Shown here: positions 1 through 13,357 of the stretch, piece by piece
How positions within the stretch are numbered: the stretch's first letter is position 1
Layout: the number at the start of each line of letters is the position of its first letter
NCBI GenBank assembly: GCA_951406725.2
Contig: OX597827.1
Span: 81,902,001-81,966,000 of the forward strand
Direction: 5' to 3'
Source: Octopus vulgaris
Lineage: Eukaryota
DNA: 64,000 nucleotides
The notes under the pieces: generated by a model
Database searches by the model: none
What the model was told of the DNA's origin: nothing
The model's input: the letters and a program-made list of their open reading frames with translations, nothing else
Position numbers and translations under genes: made by a program

Positions 1-405
1 CGTTCTTATTTCAAATTGTCCTGTGGTCAATGTTGGTTATCTGTGGTCATCTCTTTCGGGGTTGATAATATGAGGTACCAGTTGAGCCCTGGAGTAAATA
101 AAATGAAATATCAGTCAATGTCATCTACTGGCCGTCTCCCTTCAAATTTCAAGCCTTGTTCATATATTAGAAACATTATTATTATTATTATTAAAGTGGT
201 GAGCTGGCAGAATCATTAGCAGGCTGGCCAAAATGCATTGTGACACTTCGTCCATCTTTATGTTCTGAGTTCAAATTCTGCTGAGGTCGACTTTGCCTTT
301 CATCCTTTCAGTGTTGATAAATTAAGTACCAGTTGCATACTGGGGTCAATCTAATCGACTGCCCCCTCCCCTAAAATTTCAGGCCTTGTGCCTATAGTAG
401 AAAGG

Positions 406-440
<35 letters not shown>

Positions 441-1003
441 AGTGGTGAGCTGGCCAAAATGCATTATGGCATTTCGCCTGTCTATGTTCTGAGTTAAAAT
501 TCTGCTGAGGTCAGCTTTGCTTTTCATCCCTTTAAAGGGGTCAATAAAATAAGTACCAGTTGAATACTGGGTTCAATGTAACTGGCTTCCTCTCCCTCTG
601 AATTGTTGGCTCTGTACCAAAAGTTGATGAAATAGTTACCAGTTATGCACTGGGGTTGATGTAATTGAATAGCCCCACCCCCATCCTGCCAAATTCCTGA
701 CCTTGTGTCAATAGTTGAAAGGATTCTTCTCCTACTTGTTGGTGTTGTTCTTCTTATCGTTATCATTATTATCATTATCGTTGTTGTTGTTGTTGTTGTT
801 GTTGTTGTAAGGGTGGCATGCTGGCTTTGTGGCGTTTCTTCCATCTTTAAATTCTGAGATGAAATTTTGCTGAGGTTGATTTTGCCTTTCATCTTCCAGG
901 GTTGATGAAATAAAAACCAGTCAAGGACTGCAATTCATGCAGTCAGCCTACCCCCACCTCTCAAAATTGCTACCCAATATTTGAAATGATTATTATTATT
1001 ATT
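1..1003 (+). mobile_element. Stack of about 5 tRNA-derived SINEs with a Nin/Deu-like central domain (family A), separated by (TTA)n/(TTG)n
   Basis: Repeated head gtggtgagctggcagaatc, B-box-like gagttcaaattc, core gcctttcatcctttc..gttgataaattaagtaccag, tail aaggattattatt. Copies at about 1-190, 194-438, 440-640, 640-725 and 810-1003. Confidence 0.85.
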
Positions 1004-1062
1004 AACATATAGGTTATGTATGTGTATGTACTTTGTGTGTGTGTGTGTGTGTATCTTTGTAT

Positions 1063-1570
1063 CAACTGACTGATGGGGGAAAATGTATGCAAGCTTATCT
1101 GTACATATGTGTGTGTGTGTGTATGTATGTAGGCACCCATTGGTTGATGGAGGAATAAAGTAAATGTGTGTTTGCGTGTGTGTGTGTGTGTGTGAGAACG
1201 TGTGTCCATTGGTTGATGGAGGTTAAATGTATGTGGATGTATGTGTATGTGTGTGAATGTGCATGATAGTCTGTGAGTTGAATGGTGGAGCATCACGTGT
1301 GTGTGTGTGTGTGTGTGTTGCATGATAGGGGATAATATTCATGTCTGTCTGTGTGTCTATTGATTGATAGAAAATCACGTGGGTATGGATATGGTGGATG
1401 GAGGAAAGTGTATGTGTGTGCATGCCCATTGCCTGATGGAGGAAAGTGTATATGTATGTGTATATATCCATGTGTGTGTGTGTCCATTGCTTAATGGAGG
1501 AATGTGTATGCGTTCATTGCACGACAAAGAATTTTGTGTGTCTGTGTGTCCATTACTTATTGCTGGATTG
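1063..1570 (+). repeat. Degenerate tandem repeat (ccattggttgatggaggaa) interspersed with (TG)n
   Basis: About 9-10 diverged copies at roughly 50-70 bp spacing. Confidence 0.65.
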
Positions 1571-2769
1571 TATGTGTGTATATGTGGCTTTGACTAGGCT
1601 TGCGTGGGAGTGTGTGTGTATGTGTGCGCGTGTGTATGTGTAAAAATCGATTGCTAATGTATGCTGGAGTAACAGTTAAAAAATGTGTCACAGTGTATGA
1701 ATGCGTGTATGCATGTACGTATGTGCGTTCGAGTGTATAAATATGAGTGTGCGTATGTATATGTGTGTCTGTGTGTGGGAACAACTGTTACTTCCACTGA
1801 CTATTGGAGGATCGTGTAATGTGTTTGTATGTGTGTAGAATTTACGCCATTGTTAGTGGAGATCCTTGCTCTCCCTCTCTCTCTCTCCCTTTCACTCGCC
1901 TGCTCTTTCTCTCTCTCTCGATAATTATATTTATATTTTCCTGTATATACGGGATGTATATATAAATGTATGAAGTGTAATTATTGAAGTCTTGTAATGC
2001 GTCTTGGAGGAATGAAGTGCATGCATACATACATATACATGCATATACATACATACATACACACACATGTCTATGTATGTATGTTTCCATTCGCTTTTTA
2101 ATCCAGAGTAAATTCTGACCGGTGGCCACCTGCTTGGTAGCAAGGTTGTAATGGAGAGCTTCTCATTTCAACCATCACCTTTTATAATCCCAGATATCGT
2201 GATCATGTATGGATATATATGTATCACTGTGGTAGATGTGTGTATGTTTTACTGTCTCTACATGTGTCCCATTGCTCGGTGGAGTACAAAAATGATAATC
2301 TATCGATATCGAACACCACTGCTCTTTCGTTTGCTTCCCCCCTCTCTCTTATTCCATCCCCCCTCCATCTCTTATTCCGTCAGATTAATCGCGTCACCCT
2401 ACCACCACCACCAGCACCACATCCACTGCCCAGTGGATAATGCGTTAATTTTATGTATCTGCTATTTCACTCCAACATCGTATCATACATTGTACTACAA
2501 AAGCAAGGCACAAACACACGCACACAAACACTGTCACATATACAGATGCACACGTACGCACGCACACAAACACACACGGACATACATTTGCATTTATAGA
2601 AAGTGGGCTATATATAGCAGTTGGGATGTCATACTTTGTAACTGAAGATAACGGCTTTTGGAGGTGAATATAATATATATATATACATATCTGTGTGTGT
2701 ATCTATGTACATATATATACCTAATACATATACATACGTATATATAAATGTATACAATCATATATATAA

Positions 2770-2820
<51 letters not shown>

Positions 2821-2823
<3 letters not shown>

Positions 2824-3158
2824 CTTATAACTTAGAAATATATATGTCTAATATAGCACCACCTGCGAAGTCTTTAGTTATATCGAGCAGAGAGTTATTG
2901 TTTGGAGACATATCCGGGTGTGGATGGTTTGTCCGGTACTGTTTGAAGGAATTTGTATGAATTTTGTGTGGTCAGTTTCTTTTTGACGTGTCCTGGTGTA
3001 ATGTTATATATGAAATAGTTGTGCCGTATTGTCGTTATGTATATTTAGATTTTGTTGTGACGGATGGCACGTGGTAGCCGCATTTTGAAGGTGATATATA
3101 GTGCTGATGGAATATTTTATCATATATAGCGTTACGGCGTCGTTGAGTATACAATTTC

Positions 3159-3160
<2 letters not shown>
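2821..3160 (-). mobile_element. 3' end of a CR1/L2-like LINE
   Basis: Minus strand reads KFLQTVPDKPSTPGYVS followed by a 3'UTR taactaaagactt..caggtggtgctat. Both are shared with the copy at 29270-29730. Confidence 0.65.
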
Positions 3161-3193
<33 letters not shown>

Positions 3194-3199
3194 CTTCTC

Positions 3200-3249
<50 letters not shown>

Positions 3250-3324
3250 ATATGTACGTATATATATATATATATATATGATATACATATATATATATAT
3301 GTATTATACATATATATATATGTA

Positions 3325-3379
<55 letters not shown>

Positions 3380-3637
3380 TATATATATTTATATATATGT
3401 ATATATGTATGTATATATACATATATATATATGTATGTATATATACATATATATATGTTTATATATAATATATATATATGTATGTATATATACATATATA
3501 TATGTATTATATATATATGTATATATGTATGTATATATACATGTATATATGTATGTATATATACATGTATATATGTATGTATATATACGTGTATATATAT
3601 ATATGTATATATATATGCATATATATATATACATATA
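3158..3637. repeat. Compound (TA)n/(TATG)n microsatellite; representative of many (e.g. 2770-2821, 3965-4530, 9500-9860, 13260-13680, 17210-17525, 33800-34160, 36460-37220, 49860-50390)
   Basis: Direct reading. Confidence 0.95.
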
Positions 3638-3965
3638 TCATCATCATCATTTAACGCCCGTTTTCCGTGCTAGCACGGGTTGGACAGTTTGACCGGGGTC
3701 TGGGAAGCCAGGAGGCTGCACCAGACTGCAGTCTGATCTGGCAGTGTTTCTACAGTTGGATGCCCTACCTAACGCTAACTACTCTTTAAGTGTAGTGGGT
3801 GCTTTTTACGTGCCACCGGCATATGTGTCAGGGGAGGCTGGCAGCGACCACGATCGGTTGGTGCTTTTTAAGTGCCTCTGGCACAGAAGCCAGTCAAGGT
3901 GGCACTGGCATCGGCCACGTTTGGATGGTGCTTCTAACGTGACACTAGCACAGGTATCACAACTA
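3638..3965 (-). mobile_element. 5'-truncated RTE-clade LINE 3'UTR with (TGA)n tail
   Basis: catcatcat-ttaacg-ccgttttcc-gctagca-gggttggac...ggatgccct-cctaacgc. The same sequence is continuous with an RTE ORF at 46107-46853. Confidence 0.85.
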
Positions 3966-3988
3966 TATATACGTATATATATATATGT

Positions 3989-4057
<69 letters not shown>

Positions 4058-4332
4058 CATATACATATATACCGGTACAGGTATCACAACTATATATATG
4101 TATATATATATATACATATATATATGTATATATCTAGATATATATACATATATATATGTATATATGTATATATATATATGTATATATATATATAAATATA
4201 TATATATGTATATATATATGTGTATATATATGTATGTATATATATATTTGTTAGTATTCCACCTGCCTTCGTCTTTTGTTTATTTCCGTAAACCTGCCTT
4301 CGTCTTTTGTCTATTTTCATAAAGCTTCCCGT

Positions 4333-4372
<40 letters not shown>

Positions 4373-4530
4373 AATATATATATATGTATATATATATATA
4401 TATGTACATATATGTATATATATATATACATATATATATGTACATATGTATATGTACATATGTACATGTGTATATGTGTATGTGTATATGTATATATGTA
4501 TATGTATATATATATATATGTATATGTATA

Positions 4531-4831
4531 TGCGCCTGTGGCAGATAAAAAGCACCATCCGAACGTGGCCAATGCCAGCACCGCCTTGACTGGCTTCCGT
4601 GCCGGTAGCACGTTAAAAGCACCAACTGATGGTGGCTGATGCCAGACTCCCCTGGCACGTAAAAAGCACCCACTACACTCGTGGAGTGGTTGGCAGTAGG
4701 AAGGGCATCCAGCTGTAGAAACACTGCCAGATCAGACTGAGCCTGGTGCAGCCCCTGGCTTCCCAGACCCCGGTTGAACCGTCCAACCTGTGCTAGCGCT
4801 GAAAACGGACGTTAAACAATGATGATGATGA
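4531..4831 (+). mobile_element. 5'-truncated RTE-clade LINE 3'UTR, inverted relative to 3638-3965
   Basis: Reverse complement of the same family, ending gttaaacaatgatgatgatga. Confidence 0.85.
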
Positions 4832-4843
4832 TATATGTATATG

Positions 4844-4896
<53 letters not shown>

Positions 4897-5178
4897 GAAT
4901 ATGTATATATGTATACTCACACACAGACAGATAAGGTGAGAAAGAGAGAAAAAGAAAACAGATCAGCATTTTGGTAGTTTCACTTTCACTCTTGTACATG
5001 TATACGCGCATGCGTTTGTCATATTGACACACTTTGACTAGTTTTCTTTGAAGTTGGAAACCGATGGAGAGTTTGCTGAGCTGGACCAGGTTGTTGTTGT
5101 CTGTTCACCTCTCTCTCTCTCCCCCCACCACACTCTCACTCAGAATGAATATGTATGTACATGTATGTATGTATACAC

Positions 5179-6400
5179 ACAGGTTTGGACAAAATAATGG
5201 AAACAAGTCGGTAAATAGGAGTTTCGACCATTGAAGTCGGAGTTGGCCCAGCTTTGCCAACAAGCACGGCTTAAATACGCCGTGGAATTGACTAAGGCTC
5301 TGAATGGTTGTTAGAGGAATTTTGAGCTGTTCATTAATCTAAATCCTGCTTTAGCTCACTCATTGACATTAGCTGAAAGGAATCAGCTCCTTACTTGCTG
5401 CTCCTAAATGTACCCTAAATTATATTGAGATCTAGAGATTGGTGGTGGGGGGCAATCCTAAAAGGTTGTTCTACCATCAGGGAATAAGGTTTTGTACCAT
5501 AGAATGGACATGGTCAGCCGAAATACTCAGACAATCCTTGGCCATAATTATTCTGCCATGTAGAACAAGGAAACAGCCAAGAGAATTCCATGATATGTCT
5601 GCCCAAATCATCACAGAGTCAGCCCCATCATTCATGGTAGGGGTCAAACAGTTAGGAATGCCTCCTTGTTTGTTTTTTCTCAAAGATAAACCCACCCTGA
5701 AGTGGAGTAAAAAGGATGAATGATGATTCTTCAAAGATGACATTGTTCAATTAAGCCATTGGCACTTCTGATGGTTGAGACACCATATTTTACTTCTGCC
5801 TATCAATGTTGATGGGGTGGGGACAGGAGTGGTTTAGCATTTACAGCTGTCCCATGGTGTCCAGCTTTATTGCAAATGGTTTTGATTGACTCAGGGTTAG
5901 CAAGATGGTGCTTTAACTTTGCTGTCACATTTGCTACTGCTGTAGTGCCATGGTTTTTTTTGTTTTTTTTAGAGATTGTATGTTTTGCTATTCTATGGTC
6001 CCTCTCCTGTCTGTGAGCTTTGCCTTCTGTCCAAAATTAATTCTACCAGAGCTGATACAAACGTTGCTTTTTGAATATCAATATGATTTTAGAGATTGTA
6101 CATCTCAAAACATTAGACGATTCAGCAGTTTTTAGTGACTGAAGCTCCAACTATCTGCTCCTCAACAATTTGTCCTCTTTGGAAATCAGATCAGTCACAC
6201 ATTTTAACTTAAATGTAAATATCTGCAAATATAAAAAAAGAAATGAAAAATAAAAGGCTATATCATGAAGTAGAGGAACGCATATATAATGCATAGGAAC
6301 GCATATATACAGTCTAGAACAGTTCTGAATTTGTCATTTTGCCAACAGTGGGGGAAAAACAGTAGTTACATAAAAAGCAGTGTTTCCATTCTGTAGGTTT
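5179..6400 (-). mobile_element. Decayed near-full-length Tc1-family DNA transposon
   Basis: Minus strand has an N-terminal SDFQRGQIV..VGASVTK HTH (~6200-6130), a VIF.ESSF-like segment, PTMNDGADSVMIWADISW...DHVHSMVQ (DDE core) and a C-terminal SIPRRI*AVLLAK. TIR remnants caggtttggacaaaataatggaaaca and tgtttccatt. Many stops and frameshifts. Confidence 0.85.
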
Positions 6401-6459
6401 CCTTTGACGATCCTCTGAAGCTTTAAGTTGCATGGAGTCGAATCAGACTATTATCATAT

Positions 6460-6685
6460 ATAATAATAATAATGATTTCAAATTTTGGCACCAGGCCAGC
6501 AATTTCAAGGGAGTGGGTAGGTGGATTTCATCAACCCCAATGCTCAACTGGTACTTATTTTATCAACCCCGAAAAGATGAAAGGCAAAGTTGACTTTGCT
6601 GGTATTTGAACTCAGAATATAAAAAACAGACGAAATATCACCAAGCGTTGTGTCTGGTCTGCTAATGATTCTGCCAGCTCACCTT
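6460..6685 (-). mobile_element. Family A SINE
   Basis: Reverse complement of the Nin/Deu-like core, with a (TAA)n tail on + at 6460-6473. Confidence 0.85.
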
Positions 6686-7719
6686 CCTGATAATGATGAT
6701 GATAATAATAATAATAAAAATAATTATAATACTAATATATATGCCTACATACATACACACACACACGTACATAGGGTTGTCTTTTGTCAGTGATAGCTTG
6801 ACCTTTAACAGAGCTGTAATCCTGTGTCATATGAAACCAAGAGTAAGGTCCCCACATTTGGAATCAGTCATCCACAGTCCTATTATTGTGGGATTGAAGC
6901 ATCTGGTGGAATTCCCATCTCAGTATTTTATGGAGACGTTGCAGTGGAGAAGTGCGACGACGTTGTTGGGGGAAATCTGGTTAGTCTGTTGGACTTTCAG
7001 TTGTGGGGAGAGGCCTAGGAACAGCTCATAGCAATACCCAGCCTTGCAGTCTATATTAGTTCAATATAAATTATACAGAGACGGAGATGCTGTCAGTTGA
7101 GCCTGTCCGAAATATAGAGGCAAAGCAACAGAACTGCTCTGCAGCCTTCATCCAGTGTCTGAGTATTACTGCCTTATAGAGTTATGTTGAAAAACAGCTG
7201 TAGCTGCCCGAAGCACAGATCTGGAATAGAAAATAAAGGAGGTGCAAACAAGGTGCTGACTACTCCCTGTAAAGTTGAATGAAAGTAGGGAGTGGAGTAT
7301 GATGGCATGATAACTGGGCCTTCTCTCACTACACACCCTGTTGGTAGGGGAATGATAGCTAGGATGAGATGGGAGGAACATGTTGACAAAATGTAGAATA
7401 TTTTGTTTCCCTTTCATATCAGCCTGTAAGTGTGTATGTGAATAGGTGTGTGAAAATAGGTGTGTATATGTATATGAATAGGTGTGTGTATGTGAATAGG
7501 TGTGTATATGAATAGGTGTGTGTGTATGTGAATAACCGTGTTTGAAAGAAAATGTGTTTTGCACAGGTGTATATGTCCGTGTGTCAGTGTGTGATTGCCT
7601 GTGTGAGTGTTTTATGCAGCCAGGACCAGACTCGTGCAAGTAGACATTTTAATATGTAAAGATAACTGCTGTTGTGTAGAAGAAGGCTTGTCTACATAGA
7701 TGTGTGTCTGTCTGCCTAA

Positions 7720-7759
<40 letters not shown>

Positions 7760-7761
<2 letters not shown>

Positions 7762-8610
7762 AATGGGTGTCTATCTGCAGAATATTACAAGATCCATGCC
7801 AGCATGGAAAACGGACGTTAAACGATGATGATGATGATATATATATATATATATATATATATCGACACTGAACCACTTGTATTGGGAAGTGGGTGTATAT
7901 GTGTATAGTATCATAAGATCCAGTCACGTGTGTACTTGTTTACATCTATACAACCATTGCTTGCATAATGCGCAGATACATACAATTCCTCATAACACGT
8001 ATATATGTATATATATATATGTATATATATGCACACACACACCACACATATAAGAGTACATTCATACATACATACACACATATATATTTGTATGTATATA
8101 TCAAACTGGTTTTCTTGTATTGAACAGTGGGTGTATTTATGAATGGCATTGCAAGATCCAATCTCGTGTATATACATTAATAAGTAAATCGGTGTTGTGT
8201 ATATTGCAAACAGATTCTACATACATTACATTTCCTTATACCGCATGTTTGTATACATCGCTCAGGTGTGTTACATAAACGTATCTTTCTATATATATAT
8301 ACACGCATATGTATATATCTCAACTTGGATCCCTAACATTCATTAAGTGGGTGTATATATGTACAGTTTCATGTATGTATACACTTACATGTGTATCGCT
8401 CTTGCGTATATATATATATATATGCACACGCATACACACATCAAACTGGATCTTTTGTATCGAGTAATTGACTGTGTAATGTATGATATTACCAGATCCA
8501 GTTTCATTTGTGTATAATGTATATATAGGCATGTGTTGCGTATAAAATGAAGATTCATATATTACGAGGTGAACTCCACATGTATACATACATCAAACTG
8601 GATCTCATAC
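7760..8610. repeat. Array of ~60 bp hairpin-ended units separated by microsatellite-like spacers
   Basis: Units tcaaactggatc..gtgggtgtat..agatccagt at about 7760, 7861, 8101, 8320, 8441 and 8593. Confidence 0.65.
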
Positions 8611-9099
8611 AGCCAACAAGGCGTATAACGGAAAGGTTTGCATTGTCATATACGTGTATGTATACATGTGTGAGTAGAAATGTCTATGTGTGTCTGTTTA
8701 TATAAACAACTGTATATGTGTTTGTTCTTTGACAGGTTTCAGGTATTGGTTTGTGGCCATGCTGGGGTGCAGATTTCGTGTAGGAGTATACATATATAAA
8801 CACATATATATATGTGTGTATAGTGTCTGTGTGTGTGTTTATAGATCACCTGGTGCGTTTAGCACCTCACATTTGCAGGGTATTTAAAGAAGATTCCTAC
8901 TTTTACGTCTACAAGACAGTTTCTGAGAAAGGTCTGTAATTAGCAAGGCAGTGGGACCAAGCGAAACCTAAATCACATACGTCTTAACTTTGTACCTATT
9001 AGATCACGGGAGAATCGGTGATATGACAAAAGTACATACAAACAGATAGATTGACTGATTGATTGATAAATATGTATGTGTATATGTATGTATATAAAT

Positions 9100-9485
9100 A
9101 GGAGTGGTTGTGTGGTAAGTAGCTTGCTTACGAACCCCATGGTTCCGGGTTCAGTCCCACTGCATGGTACCTTGGGCAAGTGTCTTCTACTATAGTCTTG
9201 GGCCAACCAAGGTCTTGTGAGTGGATTTGGTAGACGGAAACTGAAAGAAGCCTGTCGTATATATGTATGTATGTGTATATGTTTGTGTGTCTGTGCTTGT
9301 CTCCCCAACATCACTTGACAACCAATGCTGGTGTGTTTATGTCCCTGTCACTTAGTGGTTTGGCAAAAGAGGTCGATAGAATAAGTACTAGGCTTACAAA
9401 GAATAATTCCTGGGGTCGATTTGCTCAACTAAAGGTGGTGCTCAAGCATGGCCACAGTCAAATGACTGAAACAAATAAAAGAGTA
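9100..9485 (+). mobile_element. Abundant octopus tRNA-derived SINE (family B, CORE-like ccttgggcaagtg) with an internal (TA/TG)n
   Basis: ggagtggttgtgtggtaag...gggttcagtcccactg...gtggatttggtagacggaaactgaaagaagcc...aaatgactgaaacaaataaaagag. Other copies lie in this window. Confidence 0.9.
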
Positions 9486-9717
9486 TGTATATACATATAA
9501 ATATGTATGTATGTATAAATATATTTATATATATATAATGTATGTATATATTAATATATATATATATATATAAATATATATGTATGCATATATTAATATA
9601 TATATACATATATGTGTATCATCATCATCATCATCATCGTTTAGCGTCCGTTTTCCATGCTAGCATGGGTTGGACCATATATATGTATATATATAAATAT
9701 ATATATATATATATGCA

Positions 9718-9817
<100 letters not shown>

Positions 9818-10053
9818 CATGTATATGTGTGCATATTTATATGTGTGTGTGTGTATATACATACACCAAGCTGTAGCATGAGCAAGGTTCCCACCTGAAT
9901 TTATATACAATCTTATCCTGCGTGTGTGTTGATAATTAAAAGGTTGCACAGGCGGAACACAGCTACATGCAAGTACACACACACACACACATCGTTTGTA
10001 GAAAGACATAAATCTGAAAGAAGCTGGATATGCCGTGTGTTTGTGTGTGTTTG

Positions 10054-10086
<33 letters not shown>

Positions 10087-10903
10087 ATAATGCACGCAGA
10101 TATTCATATATATACGTACACACAATTACATAGGATCACTCATGAAAGGAGCTTTTTGTGTGGTCAGCCTATCTGGTAGAAATAGCAGTCAAATCTTGCT
10201 TTTTCCATAGCATAACAACTGATAAAAGGAAGGGCACAAAGATTATATGGTGTTTGATATATTGTCTGAATCAAAGATAATATCAATACAGAAGGACTGC
10301 TTTGATCAGAGCTGCCTGGGGCTAAAACAATAGCAACGACATGTACGTGCGAATGACTGTGTGTGTGTGTACGTGCACATGTTGCATGCATATACACAGA
10401 TAAGTAGATGATAGATAAACAAACAGATAGACAGACAGACAGATAGATAAACTGAGAGATAGATAGATAGGTAGATAGATGTAGACACTCACATAGATTC
10501 ATGCTAATTTGTGTGAAGGAGGGAGAAAGGGGGAACGAGAAACGGGGGGAGGGGGACATTATAAACTCTTTATTGTAAACAGGTTCTGTGCGTGGAGGGT
10601 AGGAGATGAGGAGGCAAGCGATCGATAAAAAACGTCCTACAACCCTTGCGGCAGCTCCCTTTTGTAGTTTTGAGATTGTGTTGGCTGTCATGTTTATTGT
10701 CCAGCCTCCTACTGCTGGAATTAGGTTACTGGGTTACTTACTTGCCCCCCCCACACACACACACATACACACATGAATGTATAGCTATACACTTGTATGT
10801 GTATTCTATAAAATATGTGAGCATGTATCTATCTATCTAATTATCTATCTATTTAATTATCTATCTATCTATCTATATATACATACATACATACATATAT
10901 ATG

Positions 10904-10935
<32 letters not shown>

Positions 10936-11802
10936 TATAGTGGATTTGGCAAACGGAAACTGAAGGAAGCCCATTATACATATATATGAATGATGGAGTA
11001 AAAAGTAAATATATGTGTGTGTAATTATATATATGTGTGCATAAATATATATGTACACATTATATAAACCCATACACACACATCATTCACAAAATAACAG
11101 TTATACACATCCATTCATATATATGTGTATGTGCGTGTGTGTATACATACACATACATGCAAATATGTATATATATACACATATATACACACACGTATGT
11201 ATGTATATGTGTGATGTGTGTGTTAGGCAGAGCTGAGCAGTAAGTCTTCAGAAATGCATCTCCTATACAAGTATTTCGGCCCTTAACTCCTTGCACTGTA
11301 AACAGGGTCCAGATTCTGACCGCTCACCCTCCTCTCCTACCACATTCTGTGCTATTGCCTGTACTGCAACTGTCCGCGGAGTGTTTAAGGTTCCTCCAGA
11401 ACTAAGCTGTCTCGGCTGTTGGAACCAGTTCAGTCTAAGATGCTAGTTGACTGTAGCATAAATTATGCCACTTTGAGATTCCTTTCCATTCTTTCTTGTA
11501 CACATTTAGACGGAACTCTTCTTACTTACTTCTGTCATTGCCAGACTGGATCCAGCTAGTTGGCTGTGGCCATGCTGTAGCAGTATCATCAATTTTCCTG
11601 TAATCTTCGTTGCTTGATTGGTTTCTAGTAAAATACTACCCCAGGTCTGTTACCTACATCGAAATATGAAGAAAATTTATTATTCATGAGTCCAAACATT
11701 TTCTGGGTCCCAGTGTGTCCCCCCCATTCACCTCGTGTGCTATTTACTCAAAGGTTACATTATCTAAGAATTTACACTGCAGAATCCCTTAACATTTTAA
11801 AA

Positions 11803-12025
11803 AGGCAGTGAGCTGGCAGAAACGTTAGCATGCCGGGCGAAATGCTTATTGGTATTTCGTCTGCTGCTATGTTTTGAGTTCAAATTCCGCCAAGGTCGAC
11901 TTTGCCTTTCATCCTTTCAGGGTCGATTAAATAAGTACTGGGGTCGATATAATCGACCTTATCCGTTTGTCTGTCCTTGTTTGTCCCCTCTGTATGTAGC
12001 CCCTTGTGGGCAGTAAAGAAGTAAG
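11803..12025 (+). mobile_element. Family A SINE
   Basis: ggcagtgagctggcagaaacgttagc...gagttcaaattccgcc...gcctttcatcctttcagggtcgat. Confidence 0.85.
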
Positions 12026-13321
12026 AATCTCTTTACATTTTGTTTTTATGTTGGCATCCACTCCAAAATTTTATGAAGCATAAGCAGTTTTTTTTTTTCT
12101 CTCATAGTGTATCGGGTATCTTTCAAAGCTCTTCCAGCATTTCCCATTCTTATTTCTTTGTTTCATGAAGCACCCAGTCTTAAGCTGAACCCTAACTCTC
12201 CCAGTACAGTCGCTGCATAAAAGCAATTTCCTTTAAATAGGACGGCTGGATTGCTTCTAATCCATACTGAAAGTCATGCACTATGAAGAGGCTCAACCGA
12301 GGCGCAGTAATCCAAACAACTGACCACCATTATATGTTACATGACCAACTTTATTTTATTTTCCTTTCTAATAAATCTTATCAGAATCCATTTGGCTTGT
12401 CGTCTGCATGTTGACGCCATCTTGGTAATATGTACATGAAATGGTGTGTCCTTACCAATTATAAAATTCCTTTGTCTCAGATTCTAATTCTGGGCTAACA
12501 ATCTCTCCTGGCATTTAATATTTAGATTGTAATGTGTTAGAGCACTGAGAGCAGAATAATTGAAACTTTCGCTATTGAATTTCAGGTTGTTTTATTAACT
12601 CATTTCAATATAGCATTGAATTCTTTCTCTCCGTTTTAGACACATTCCGAGTTAATGGTTGTTAGATATGATCAGATTAGTTAGAGAGTGGAGCGGTTCT
12701 AATAACTGCGGATATGTGTTAACAGAGTTACAACAAAACAACTCCCCGAAGCATTCCACTCAGAAATAGTGACTTTTTCGAAACCACCTCTGGCTAAAAC
12801 ACCTTGACTTCTGTCCTTTAAAACAATCATACAGCCATTCTATTAGTTTTTCCAGCTATATCGAGATCATATCGTTTGTGACATATAACTCCATGCTGTT
12901 GAGTTTTGTTGCCTGACTTTGTCAAGTCGCTTTTTTGTGGCAGGTCTGTGAAGTCTGTGAGATAGGCATGGAAATATTTGCTGCTGCTCTTTTCCAATAT
13001 CTTATATATAAAGAATAAACCCCAGTTCAACCTTTTAGAGAGGACCACTTCCAGAGAAGTTTGGGAAAATAATTGAAAAATAATCATTGTCTAATTTACG
13101 TGTGTGCGCATGCGCTTTTGTGCATTTGTGTGTGTGAGTATAATATATAATTAGATATACATACATATATATATATATATATATGCTACACTTTTTCGAA
13201 TTAAATGTATATAAGTATGTCATATTTTCCGTTTGTTGTCTTCTTTTTATTTAATCCTGAATACATATATATATACATATATACATATATACATATATAT
13301 ATACATATACATATATACATA

Positions 13322-13357
<36 letters not shown>

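Noticed and set aside
6800-7380. Possible CR1/L2 RT remnants (VR.PHLE-like peptides)
   Set aside because: Too degenerate to call by eye; needs a frameshift-aware protein search
1063-8610. Repeat-spacer arrays (1063-1570, 7760-8610) as CRISPR
   Set aside because: Eukaryotic context, degenerate repeats, microsatellite spacers of variable length and no cas genes
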